The translations under genes were made by a program, and so were the position numbers. The notes under the pieces were generated by a model. It made no database searches. It was not told the origin of the DNA and was given only the letters and a program-made list of their open reading frames with translations. A DNA stretch of 64,000 nt from Acutalibacteraceae bacterium (GTDB lineage Bacteria; Bacillota; Clostridia; Oscillospirales; Acutalibacteraceae), in assembly GCA_045580875.1 (NCBI GenBank), contig JAZNOP010000005.1, forward strand, positions 1,945-65,944, given 5' to 3'. This document shows, piece by piece, positions 9,551 through 18,997 of this stretch (positions are counted from its first letter, which is position 1; each line of letters opens with the position of its first letter).

Positions 9551-11104
9551 ATGAGCCGCATAATTGAATGGATAAAACAGAATCGCAGGCTTTCGGCGGT
9601 CATTCTAGTACATATACTTTTTCTGTCGTTCTTTATGTATTTTACCAGCCGTACAGGAATGTTCAATGATGATTACGGCTATATGTATATGTTCTCCCGT
9701 GAAGATAAGCTGATAAATGACCGTGTGGACAGCATTGCGGAAGTTTTCAGGTCTCAGTATGAGCATTATTTCATAATGAATGGCCGTTCTGTGGCGCATA
9801 CCCTGCTGCAGACGGTGCTGATGCTTGGCAAGGGCTGGTTCTGTGTGCTGAATACAGCTGTATATTTTCTCCTTAGCTTCAGTATGTATCAGCTCGTAAG
9901 AAAAAAAGACGAACACAGCCCTCTGCTGCAGATTCTTGTGTATCTTGTGCCGTGGGTAATGTTTGCTGAGTACGGAAAGGTACTGCTTGTCAGCTATCTT
10001 TCGGTTAATTACCTGTGGTCAATTGCCTTTATAGCAGCAATGCTTGTGCCGTTCAAGAAACTTTATGACGGCGTTGACTGCCTTGAAAAAATGCCGGAAC
10101 TTGGCGCCTCTTTGATGCTTGCAGCAGGAATAGTAACCGGCTGGCTGAGCGAGAACGGCAGTGCTGCCATGTTATTCATTGTCGGCTGTATGGGGTTGTA
10201 TTATCTCATTGCACGAAAAAAAATACCTGTATGGTGTATTACAGGATTTGTCGGTATGCTCATCGGGTTTCTGGCAATGCTGCTTGCACCTGGTTACGAT
10301 GTTCGTCAGGAGTCATGGGGAGAATACAGCTATGTGTTCCAGTTCATGAAGATATCTGTCTATCATGTTCTCCCGTATTTCTGGTACATATTGGCTGCAC
10401 TGCTTTGCGTTTTTGGCATAGCTGCAATCAGAATAGAAAAAGAAATTACAAAGAAGTTTAAGCAGGCAGCGCTTATTGCACTGACCGCTGCCGTGCTTTT
10501 CGGTATCTGCTTTGCGCTTATGCCCGCAGAAGGTCGTTCGGAGTATATGCTTGTTATTCTTGCAGCTGCGGCTGCCGCTGCGGTATCTGCAGTAGTAATG
10601 GCAGTGAAAAAAGGCGAATGCATGACCGATCTCGCCGCTCCTGCGGCGTTCATGGTTACCGGATTTGTCGCAACCTATGCGATGATCGCCTCGCCGATGT
10701 TTGAGACACGCTCAGAGCTTCCGTTTCTTATTCTTTTCAGCTGCGGTGCCCTTTATGTGATCTGTCAGTTTATCACCGAACTGTCTGTGCTGTTCAGAAC
10801 AGATAAGATAAAACCGATATTGCTGGCCGCTGCTTCGATCTATGCTGTCGTCTCACTTTGTGCAGCTGTTCCGGCTGTGAATTACGGATATGAGCAGTTC
10901 AAAGCCCGCGAGGAATTGATCGCAGAACAGAAGGCTGCAGGGAACAACGATGTAGTGCTGCCTGCGTATGATATTCCGGAAAACATACATGTAGGACTTC
11001 ATAATATGGGCTTTAACGATCCGGAATACTGGCTGACCGAAGCAACCTGCTGGTATTACGGTGTTGATTCGGTTACCTATGAGCTTGAAGAGAGTCCGAA
11101 CTGA
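9551..11104 (+). CDS. polytopic membrane protein, GT-C-like/DUF6056-like (putative glycopolymer polymerase or glycosyltransferase)
   Basis: 517 aa with at least 12 predicted hydrophobic helices and a soluble C-terminal ~70 aa. GAGGAGAG lies upstream. It is first in a cluster with a GT4 and a flippase. The family call is tentative. Confidence 0.45.
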   Translation: MSRIIEWIKQNRRLSAVILVHILFLSFFMYFTSRTGMFNDDYGYMYMFSREDKLINDRVDSIAEVFRSQYEHYFIMNGRSVAHTLLQTVLMLGKGWFCVLNTAVYFLLSFSMYQLVRKKDEHSPLLQILVYLVPWVMFAEYGKVLLVSYLSVNYLWSIAFIAAMLVPFKKLYDGVDCLEKMPELGASLMLAAGIVTGWLSENGSAAMLFIVGCMGLYYLIARKKIPVWCITGFVGMLIGFLAMLLAPGYDVRQESWGEYSYVFQFMKISVYHVLPYFWYILAALLCVFGIAAIRIEKEITKKFKQAALIALTAAVLFGICFALMPAEGRSEYMLVILAAAAAAAVSAVVMAVKKGECMTDLAAPAAFMVTGFVATYAMIASPMFETRSELPFLILFSCGALYVICQFITELSVLFRTDKIKPILLAAASIYAVVSLCAAVPAVNYGYEQFKAREELIAEQKAAGNNDVVLPAYDIPENIHVGLHNMGFNDPEYWLTEATCWYYGVDSVTYELEESPN

Positions 11105-11139
11105 ATAATCTGAAATAACTCCCGTAAGGAGAGAAGAAA

Positions 11140-12471
11140 ATGAAAAAGATACTTATCATCAGCTATGTTTTTGCACCGCGCGCTGAAATCGGTGCAGTGC
11201 GGTGGACAAAGCTTGCAAAATATCTTCAGGACCATGACATCATATCAGATGTTATCACACTTGTTGAAACAAAGGATCAGGACGAACTGCTGGCACGCGA
11301 TGCAGAGCAGCTTAAGGGTCGGATTTTTCGCATAAGCCACTCAGAAGAGTCGTTCATGCCGAAGTTTACCCCCAGAAAACCCTATGCAGAGAAGGTTGAT
11401 GCGGCGCTTGTAGGAATCAACCGCTTCAAGCGCGGGCGCTTTGGCATGTATCTGCAGAATCTGCGCGGAAAAAAAGCAAGAATGCAGGGAATGTGGAAAA
11501 GCTATTATCAGGGGCAGGATTTCTGCGATCAGACGATAAAGTATATTCAGGAGAATGGAATCCGCCCTGATGAATACGACGATGTAGTAGTATCTTTCGG
11601 TCCGGTTGGATCAGCTCTTGTTGCGGCAAAGCTTAAGGAACTGTATCCGGATTGCCGCCTTGTCATGGATTTCCGTGATCCTATGAACAATTTCCAGCAG
11701 CCAGCTGATATGAACAGACTGTATGAGGGCATACAGGATAAGCTCTGCGAGGTGGCTGATGTAGTTATAGCAGTCGGCAACAGCGGTTATGCCGATAAGA
11801 TTTTCAAAGCAGAAGATAAATCAAAACTTCATGTAATTACAAACGGATATGACCCGGCAGACAAAGAGGGAATAGAAGCTGTAAACGACGGCAAGTTTTC
11901 TTTTGTTTTTACCGGTTCTCTTTACGATGGCCTCAGAGATATTTCTTCACTTTTCGAGGTGCTTTCAGCTCTTGTCAAAGACGGTGTGATACGCCGGGAG
12001 GATATAGTCTTCAAGCACGCAGGCGGAAATTTCCCGAAGCTTATGGTACAGGCGCAGAGATATGGAATGGGCGATGTGCTTCGCGATTATGGTATGATAA
12101 CGAGAAGACAGTGCCTTGAACTTCAGAGAAGCACCAGGTTTCTTGTGTTCTCAAGCTGGAACTTCAGAAATAAAGAGTGTACACTTAATGGAAAACTCTT
12201 TGAATATATGCTGATGGAGCGTCCGATAATCGGTATTGCAACAGGCGATGTTCCGAACAGCGAGGGAAGACAGATTGTAGAAGCCTGTAATGTCGGTGTT
12301 GTCTACGAACACGGCGATAAAAAAGCCAGCCGTGCCGCTCTGTATGAATATCTCAAGGCAGATTATGAACGTTATAAACAGGGACTTGACAGTCTGTATG
12401 AACCGGTACAGAGTGAGCTTGAGAAATACGACTACCGCAATATTGCTGAGCGAATTGCAAAGCTGCTTTGA
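11140..12471 (+). CDS. GT-B fold glycosyltransferase (GT4-like)
   Basis: 443 aa. N-terminal KILIISYVFAP...GAVRW and a C-terminal E-x7-E-like region (NGKLFEYMLMERPIIG). AAGGAGAG SD. Confidence 0.7.
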   Translation: MKKILIISYVFAPRAEIGAVRWTKLAKYLQDHDIISDVITLVETKDQDELLARDAEQLKGRIFRISHSEESFMPKFTPRKPYAEKVDAALVGINRFKRGRFGMYLQNLRGKKARMQGMWKSYYQGQDFCDQTIKYIQENGIRPDEYDDVVVSFGPVGSALVAAKLKELYPDCRLVMDFRDPMNNFQQPADMNRLYEGIQDKLCEVADVVIAVGNSGYADKIFKAEDKSKLHVITNGYDPADKEGIEAVNDGKFSFVFTGSLYDGLRDISSLFEVLSALVKDGVIRREDIVFKHAGGNFPKLMVQAQRYGMGDVLRDYGMITRRQCLELQRSTRFLVFSSWNFRNKECTLNGKLFEYMLMERPIIGIATGDVPNSEGRQIVEACNVGVVYEHGDKKASRAALYEYLKADYERYKQGLDSLYEPVQSELEKYDYRNIAERIAKLL

Positions 12472-12503
12472 TATTGTCTGTATTCTGAACGGAGGATTGA
12501 AAT

Positions 12504-14090
12504 TTGGCTTCATCTTCATCTGGTATAAAGCAGTCATCGATTGCTGATAAATCCATACTTCTGACTATCTCAAGTCTTGCCTCAAAGGTGATATCTCTTG
12601 CGGCAACGATGATAGTTACGCGAATGCTTGATGAAACAGCATACGCTACATACAAGCAGGTTTTTCTTGCGTTCAATCTTGTTCTGCCGTTTCTGGCTCT
12701 TGGATTGTCTCACGGTTTGTTTTATTATCTGCCGTTTGAAAAGAAAAGGGTGCGCGGAAGGGTCTATGACTGCTATGCGGTATTACTGACATCAGGTGTT
12801 CTGTTTTCACTGTTTATCCTGCTTGGCGGTAATGTGCTGCTTGCGAAACGCTTTAATAACCCTGAGGTTGAGCAGCTTCTGCGGCTGATAATTCCGTATG
12901 TGATAGCGGTTGTACTTACGCAGTGTACTGCGGCGGTTTTCAACATAATGAACCGCGTGCGTATGTATACGGTCTACATGGTCGCATCAGGTCTGATATC
13001 AAATCTTGTGCTTATTGCGGCAATATTGCTTGCTCCGACAGCGAAAAGTGCAGTTCTGTCAATGGTAGTATGCAAAACGGCAGAGTGCATTATAGTAATG
13101 ATGCTTACGTCGAGAATACTGCCGAAGGACGACAGCCGTCCAAGCCTTAAGGCGATAAAGGAAATACTTGCGTTTTCAATTCCTATGGGAGTTGCAGGAA
13201 TGATCGGTACATTCTCGACACAGCTTGACTCACTCTTTGTTGCGTCAATGAGCTCACCTGAGGAATATGCTGTATATACTGTTGGTGCGCACGAACTTAT
13301 CCTTATAGGCACGATTTCCGCCTCGGTTACAACAGCTGTAACACCGCAGATGAGAGTAACCGTAGCAGAGGGCAGGCTCAAAGAGTGCGGAGATCTTTAT
13401 CAGTTTGCGGCAAAGAGGATGGCTTCTGTTCTTGTGCCGATGATGTGCTTTTTCTGGGTCTGGGCAGGTGAATTCATCACTTTTGTCTACTCAGGAAAAT
13501 ATATTGGTGCGGTGTGGATATTCAGAGTGTATCTCATCTACTTCCTGCTCAGAATTGTTGTTACCGGTCAGGTGTTTTCATCACTCGGAATGGGAAAATA
13601 TATCCTGTCACGTGCAATACTGACATGTGTGCTCAATGCAATTTTGAATTATGTCGGAATAAAGCTTGTCGGACCTATAGGTGCGGCAATTGCAACCGTT
13701 TTGTCCGGCGGACTTGTGTTCATGTTCTCTACAGCTCCGATGCTTAAGAAAAAGCTTGGAATGAGACTTGTCGACACATTCCCGATAAAGACTGCGCTGG
13801 GAAGTATACTTCTTGGAATGGGCTGCGGATATGCAGTTGACCTGCTGCTTGGCGGAAGAGTGGTTCCATGGTTGGTCGGATTGATAAATCTTGAATCATT
13901 CCTTGACGCAGAGATGGTATCGACAGTCAGTTCAGCGATTGAACTTGCACTTTGCTGCGTGCTTTATGTTGCATTGTTTGCTCCGCTTGCAATGCTTACA
14001 ATGCGCAGTGACTATGAATGGATTGTCAGAAAAATTAAATCAATTCTCTCAAAGACTTTCGGAAGAAAGCCTGCGATTGAAGAAAAATAG
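12504..14090 (+). CDS. Wzx-type oligosaccharide flippase (MOP superfamily polysaccharide biosynthesis protein)
   Basis: 528 aa, about 14 hydrophobic helices. TTG start 12504 with GGAGG at 12491-12495. Confidence 0.7.
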   Translation: MASSSSGIKQSSIADKSILLTISSLASKVISLAATMIVTRMLDETAYATYKQVFLAFNLVLPFLALGLSHGLFYYLPFEKKRVRGRVYDCYAVLLTSGVLFSLFILLGGNVLLAKRFNNPEVEQLLRLIIPYVIAVVLTQCTAAVFNIMNRVRMYTVYMVASGLISNLVLIAAILLAPTAKSAVLSMVVCKTAECIIVMMLTSRILPKDDSRPSLKAIKEILAFSIPMGVAGMIGTFSTQLDSLFVASMSSPEEYAVYTVGAHELILIGTISASVTTAVTPQMRVTVAEGRLKECGDLYQFAAKRMASVLVPMMCFFWVWAGEFITFVYSGKYIGAVWIFRVYLIYFLLRIVVTGQVFSSLGMGKYILSRAILTCVLNAILNYVGIKLVGPIGAAIATVLSGGLVFMFSTAPMLKKKLGMRLVDTFPIKTALGSILLGMGCGYAVDLLLGGRVVPWLVGLINLESFLDAEMVSTVSSAIELALCCVLYVALFAPLAMLTMRSDYEWIVRKIKSILSKTFGRKPAIEEK

Positions 14091-14095
14091 TATAT

Positions 14096-14133
14096 AAAAA
14101 CGGCTGGCGCATTTTTCTGTGCCAGCCGTTTTT
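14096..14133. terminator. bidirectional intrinsic terminator (flippase / histidine kinase)
   Basis: CGGCTGGCGCA (14101-14111) pairs with TGTGCCAGCCG (14118-14128). It is flanked by A5 and T5 and lies between convergent genes. Confidence 0.85.
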
Positions 14134-14178
14134 ATATTGAAGTAAATTGCTGTTTGAAATTCAAGCTGCCATCAGCAC

Positions 14179-15825
14179 TCATTGGCACTGATTGAACGTG
14201 ACAGTAATCTTTGTGCCTTCTCCGACACGGCTGTCAACACTGATATCAGCGTTGTGGTAGTTGGCTGCGTGACGAACGATAGAAAGACCAAGACCAGTGC
14301 CGCCGATTTCCTTTGACCGGCTCTTGTCTACACGGTAAAAACGCTCAAAAATACGCTCGTACATTTCAGCAGGGATACCAATACCGGTGTCGGTTACTGA
14401 CAGCATAACCTTGTCGTCACTGCTGCTGATATCAACTGTAACCCGACCGCCTGGTTTGTTGTACTTTACTGCGTTGTCACAGAGGTTGAAAATCATTTCC
14501 TCGAGGATAGTCGGGACGCCGCTGACAACACCGCTTCCATTTATTGTAATGGTGATATCATTTGCCTCCGCGGAGTTGCTGAGAATATGTGCAACCGACT
14601 CAGCAATTGTTCTCAGCTCAACAAGGGTGTTTTCGTCTGCTATGGCATTTTCGTCAAGCTGAGAGAGTCTGAGAATGTCATTTACAAGCGAGATAAGGCG
14701 GGATGATTCATTCTGTATCATGCCGTAAAAACGGTTGACATCCTGCTGTGCAACAATTCCGCCGGAGAGCATTTCTGCGGCAGCTTTTATGGATGTCAGC
14801 GGTGTCTTGAGTTCATGCGATACATTGGAAGTGAACTCACGCCGCATTGCTTCACGCCGCGACTTTTCTGTTATGTCGAGAATTATTGCGGCTGCGCCGC
14901 TTACCTCATTCTCGTTCATAACAGGGCTGGTAATGATTCTGTAATCAGCACCGCCGAATGAAACCTCGCATTCATCGCGCTTTCCGCTCAGTGCGGTATC
15001 TATAGCCTGAACAAGAGTGTTATTGCGGTCGATTACATTGCTTTCATGACCGAGATCAAGAATACGGCGTGCACTTGAGTTGAATGATATGATTTCGCGT
15101 TTTTCATCAATAAGAAGAAATCCCTCGCTCATATTTCCTGTTATTGCGGTGAATTCCTCATGTTTTGAACGAAGCTCATCCATCTGACGCGAAATGAAGC
15201 TGTTCTGAGTTCTGATGCGTTTAATAAGCGGCACAAGCTCTCGGTAACAGGTTGATTCATCAGGCGATGTGATGTTAAGATCATTTATCGGACGGATAAT
15301 CCGGGCAGACATTCTGTTTGCGAAAATCGCAGATAAAATTACAACAGCAAGGGCAAGCAGCAGCAAAGAGCCGAAAACAAGTGAAAGCATTGTGCGGAAA
15401 GCCGGCTGCTGAGCCGAGAGCCTGAGTACTGTGTTGTCGGATAATCTTGAGGCGTAGCATAGTATTTTAGGCTGCCACAATGCAGTGTTTCTCAAATCCG
15501 AACCGCTGCCGTGTTCAAAAGCATCAGAAATTTCAGGATAGTCGGTTATGCAGACATTATCTGAATCAGATGTGTTGCTGTATAAAACAGTACCGCTGTT
15601 GTCTACCAGAATGATGACGTTTTCTGACTCGAGACCGTCAAAAAATGACAGTCCTGACTGCGAGATTCCGTGAGCGATGTATTGCGTCTCTTCGGCAAGC
15701 TCATCAATCAGCAGAGAGTTGAAATTGTAGTAGTATATTCCCATTATCAGCCCGATTGTAATCAGCATGGTCAGAAGTGAGGCGATAATGATACTTGAAA
15801 AAATATTTCTTGTAAGAGAACGCAT
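14179..15825 (-). CDS. PhoR-like sensor histidine kinase
   Basis: 548 aa. Two N-terminal TM helices, H-box SHELKTPLTSI, N box DNAVKYN, G box GTGLGLSIV. It starts 5 nt after the Na/Pi transporter stop. Confidence 0.85.
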   Translation of the reverse strand: MRSLTRNIFSSIIIASLLTMLITIGLIMGIYYYNFNSLLIDELAEETQYIAHGISQSGLSFFDGLESENVIILVDNSGTVLYSNTSDSDNVCITDYPEISDAFEHGSGSDLRNTALWQPKILCYASRLSDNTVLRLSAQQPAFRTMLSLVFGSLLLLALAVVILSAIFANRMSARIIRPINDLNITSPDESTCYRELVPLIKRIRTQNSFISRQMDELRSKHEEFTAITGNMSEGFLLIDEKREIISFNSSARRILDLGHESNVIDRNNTLVQAIDTALSGKRDECEVSFGGADYRIITSPVMNENEVSGAAAIILDITEKSRREAMRREFTSNVSHELKTPLTSIKAAAEMLSGGIVAQQDVNRFYGMIQNESSRLISLVNDILRLSQLDENAIADENTLVELRTIAESVAHILSNSAEANDITITINGSGVVSGVPTILEEMIFNLCDNAVKYNKPGGRVTVDISSSDDKVMLSVTDTGIGIPAEMYERIFERFYRVDKSRSKEIGGTGLGLSIVRHAANYHNADISVDSRVGEGTKITVTFNQCQ

Positions 15826-15830
15826 AACGG

Positions 15831-17591
15831 TTAGTCTATAGCGTACTTGATGCGGTAATAATCGTAATTTTCCTTGAATTCCTGAGCCTGTCCGGTTTTG
15901 ATGGAATGCTGATATTCATGCATATCCATGCTCTCGTGAGCCATTTCGATCATGCAGCATGCGACATTCGAACAATGGTCGGATACTCTTTCGAGGTTGA
16001 TAAGCATATCGGAAAGAACAAATCCGAGTTCGATTGTGCATTCGTTCTTCTGAAGACGCTGAATATGACGCTTTTTGAGAGCATCACGAAGCTGGTCAAT
16101 AACTTCCTCAAGGGGTTCAACGAGAATGGCATTATCGAGATTTTCGTCTTCAAATGTGGAAAGTGCAAGGGAGAGAATTTCGTTTACAGCACCGATAAGA
16201 ACTGTAAGCTCACGACGTGCTTCGTCAGAGAAATTCAGCTTCTTGTCGTTAATTTCCTCTGCTGATTCAACAAGGTTTACAGCATGGTCAGAAATTCTTT
16301 CGAAGTCACCGATAATATGAAGAAGCTTTGTGGCGTCAGCACTGTCACGCTCAGCCATTGTCTGACTGCAGAGCTTGACGAGATAAGTGCCGAGGTTGTC
16401 CTCGTACTTGTCAACAGCGGTCTCCATAGCGCGGATTTCTTCAGCTTCCTTTTCGTTGTAGTTGCCGACAAGAGCAGCTGCGCGGATAAGAGAGTCGACA
16501 GCTATCTTTGCCATTGAGCGTGCAACGGTCTTACAATGCTCGATAGCTACAGCAGGGGTGTTGAGCAGACGATCGTCAAGAAGCTGAGTCTGATCGGTGC
16601 CGCGCTTGTCCTTTACGACAGCGCAGGCGAGTTTTTCAAGCTGTTTGCTGAACGGCATGATAAGAGCGAGTGCTATAATTTTGAATACTGTATGGACGAT
16701 TGCAACTCCGACAGGATCGATGCTGGGAGAAGTTGCAGGGTTGATCAGTTCAGGCGCAAAAATGCCGCAGAGAATGTAATATATAGGAAGAAGAATGAGT
16801 GTTGCAATAAGGTTGAAGCTGAGATGAACAACAGCAGCTCTCTTTGCGTTTCTGGTAGCGCCTATGGAAGATATCATTGCGCTTACGCAGGTGCCGATGT
16901 TCTGACCCATGATAACAGGTACAGCAGTAGCAAATGTAACACTGCCTGTAAGCGTAAGTGCCTGCAGAATACCGACAGATGCAGAAGATGACTGAATAAC
17001 AGCAGTAAAAATAGTACCGACAAGAACACCGAGTATCGGGTTTGAGAAGAGGGTAAGTACACCGCGGAATGCTTCGTTTTCAGAAAGCGGTTCAACAGCG
17101 GCAGACATTGCCTCCATACCAAACATGAGAGTTGCGAAACCGAGAAGGACGAGACCTACGTCTTTGCGCTTCTGGCTCTTCATGAACATATACATGATTA
17201 TACCCGCAAATGCGAGCAGCGGGGTAAAGGTGGCGGGTTTGAGCATCTGGATATACCATGCATCGCCTTCGATACCGGTAAGGCTGAGGAGCCATGAGGT
17301 GACGCTGGTGCCAAGGTTGGCGCCAAATATAACGCCGATAGCCTGAGAAAGTGCCATAACACCAGAGTTTACAAAACCAACAACCATAACAGTGGTGGCT
17401 GATGATGACTGAATGATGGCAGTTACAACCAGACCAAGGAAGAAGCCCTTCAACGGACTTGAAGTGAGGTTTTCGAGAATAGTCTTAAGTTTGTTGCCGG
17501 CGCGCTTTTCAAGGGCATCGCCCATTACGCTCATACCGAAAAGGAAGAGAGCAAGGCCGCCAAGCAGAGAGAAAATATTTGTGAAACTCAT
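15831..17591 (-). CDS. Na+/phosphate cotransporter family protein with C-terminal PhoU-like domains
   Basis: 586 aa. N-terminal membrane repeats (QSSSATT / QSSSASV) and a helical PhoU-like C-terminal half. AGAGAGGT SD. Confidence 0.85.
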   Translation of the reverse strand: MSFTNIFSLLGGLALFLFGMSVMGDALEKRAGNKLKTILENLTSSPLKGFFLGLVVTAIIQSSSATTVMVVGFVNSGVMALSQAIGVIFGANLGTSVTSWLLSLTGIEGDAWYIQMLKPATFTPLLAFAGIIMYMFMKSQKRKDVGLVLLGFATLMFGMEAMSAAVEPLSENEAFRGVLTLFSNPILGVLVGTIFTAVIQSSSASVGILQALTLTGSVTFATAVPVIMGQNIGTCVSAMISSIGATRNAKRAAVVHLSFNLIATLILLPIYYILCGIFAPELINPATSPSIDPVGVAIVHTVFKIIALALIMPFSKQLEKLACAVVKDKRGTDQTQLLDDRLLNTPAVAIEHCKTVARSMAKIAVDSLIRAAALVGNYNEKEAEEIRAMETAVDKYEDNLGTYLVKLCSQTMAERDSADATKLLHIIGDFERISDHAVNLVESAEEINDKKLNFSDEARRELTVLIGAVNEILSLALSTFEDENLDNAILVEPLEEVIDQLRDALKKRHIQRLQKNECTIELGFVLSDMLINLERVSDHCSNVACCMIEMAHESMDMHEYQHSIKTGQAQEFKENYDYYRIKYAID

Positions 17592-17687
17592 TTTTTTACC
17601 TCTCTAATCTTTGTTTTTAAATCATGTGAACGACACACAAATTCAAATTAAGTATACATAGGTAATGTAAAATCTAAAATCGTGTTT

Positions 17688-17704
17688 TGTTAAATCCATG
17701 TTAA
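17688..17704 (-). promoter_or_regulatory. candidate Pho box (two TTAACA hexamers, 11-bp period)
   Basis: On the gene strand: TTAACA-tggat-TTAACA, about 100 nt upstream of the Na/Pi transporter ATG. A TTTACA hexamer follows two helical turns downstream. This matches the Bacillus PhoP TT(A/T/C)ACA direct-repeat rule. Confidence 0.5.
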
Positions 17705-17863
17705 ATTATTTGTTTTTGTGACAAAGATATACAATTTCAACATAACTTAAACTGGCTTGCCTGAAAATATTGATTTTATATTTTTCTTCAATATATTGTG
17801 TTTTTCGGCGTGTTGTGATAATATTTATACGTATATCTTAAAAACTGCAGAGGAGTGTGATTT

Positions 17864-18997
17864 ATGAAAATTCTTAAACTTGTTCACACTGCCGATCTTC
17901 ACCTCGGCTCACATTTTTCATCAACTCCGGAGATTGCGGCAAAGCGCAAGCTTGAGCAGGTGCAGTCTCTGCGTGATATAGTTAAGGTCTGCCATGAAAA
18001 AGAAGCAGCGGCACTTCTTATTGCCGGTGATCTTTTTGATTCTGTACGTGTTGACTCTCAGCTGCTTGCAGAGGTGCAGAGTATTCTCGGAGACAGCGGT
18101 GTGTATGTATACATTTCGCCCGGCAATCATGACCCTGCGACACCTGATTCATCGTACCTGGCATCGGAATGGCCGGAGAATGTGCATATATTCACCGGAG
18201 GTCTCGAGTGTGTTGAGGTACCGGGTTCAGGCGGAGCTTATATATGGGGTCTTGGATTCCGGCACTCACACGAGGTTGACAGCCTGCTTGAGGATTTTAC
18301 TCCGCATGACGGCAAGATAAACATTCTGCTTATGCACAGTGAGGTTATGCCGGACGGAGCAGCGGAAAGCCGATACAATCCGATTTCGCATGACCGCCTG
18401 ATTTCACTCGGTATGGATTACTGCGCACTCGGTCATATACACAAGCCGAATACATTCAGCTACGGTGAGCGTATGTACTGCTCGCCCGGCTGTCCCTCGG
18501 CCCGCGGTTTTGATGAGCCCGGAGAGCATGGTGTGTATGCCGGCTATGTTGGCTGCAATTTTGCAAGCATGAGCTTTGTGCCGCTTAACTGCCGTCGATA
18601 TTATACAGATAAAGTTGATGTTTCCGGCTGTGAGGTTGTGGCTGATTTTGCATCAAGAATCACCGCAGCGCTCCAGAAAACTGTGGGAAGCGATTACAAG
18701 GATCAGATATACGATATTACTCTGTGCGGAGCTCTCAGCAAGGGTGTAATGCCTGACACTCCGTCGATTGCCAAGGTTCTCATGGATGAGCTGCATTATA
18801 TCAGATTAACTGATATAACCACAACTGAGCTTGATATCGATACACTGATGAAGGATAATTCACTGCGCGGTTCCTTCGTACGCACAATAGTTAACCGCAT
18901 GGAACAGGACGGGAAGAACAGAGACCTGTATCTGCGTGCGCTTCTTTACGGTCTGCGAGCCTTTGATGGGGAGGTCAGAGTGCATGAAGATTACTGA
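17864..18997 (+). CDS. SbcD/YhaO-like metallophosphoesterase DNA-repair exonuclease
   Basis: 377 aa. Calcineurin-like motifs DLHLG, GDLFD, GNHD, LLMHS, GHIH. AGAGGAG SD. Confidence 0.85.
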   Translation: MKILKLVHTADLHLGSHFSSTPEIAAKRKLEQVQSLRDIVKVCHEKEAAALLIAGDLFDSVRVDSQLLAEVQSILGDSGVYVYISPGNHDPATPDSSYLASEWPENVHIFTGGLECVEVPGSGGAYIWGLGFRHSHEVDSLLEDFTPHDGKINILLMHSEVMPDGAAESRYNPISHDRLISLGMDYCALGHIHKPNTFSYGERMYCSPGCPSARGFDEPGEHGVYAGYVGCNFASMSFVPLNCRRYYTDKVDVSGCEVVADFASRITAALQKTVGSDYKDQIYDITLCGALSKGVMPDTPSIAKVLMDELHYIRLTDITTTELDIDTLMKDNSLRGSFVRTIVNRMEQDGKNRDLYLRALLYGLRAFDGEVRVHEDY

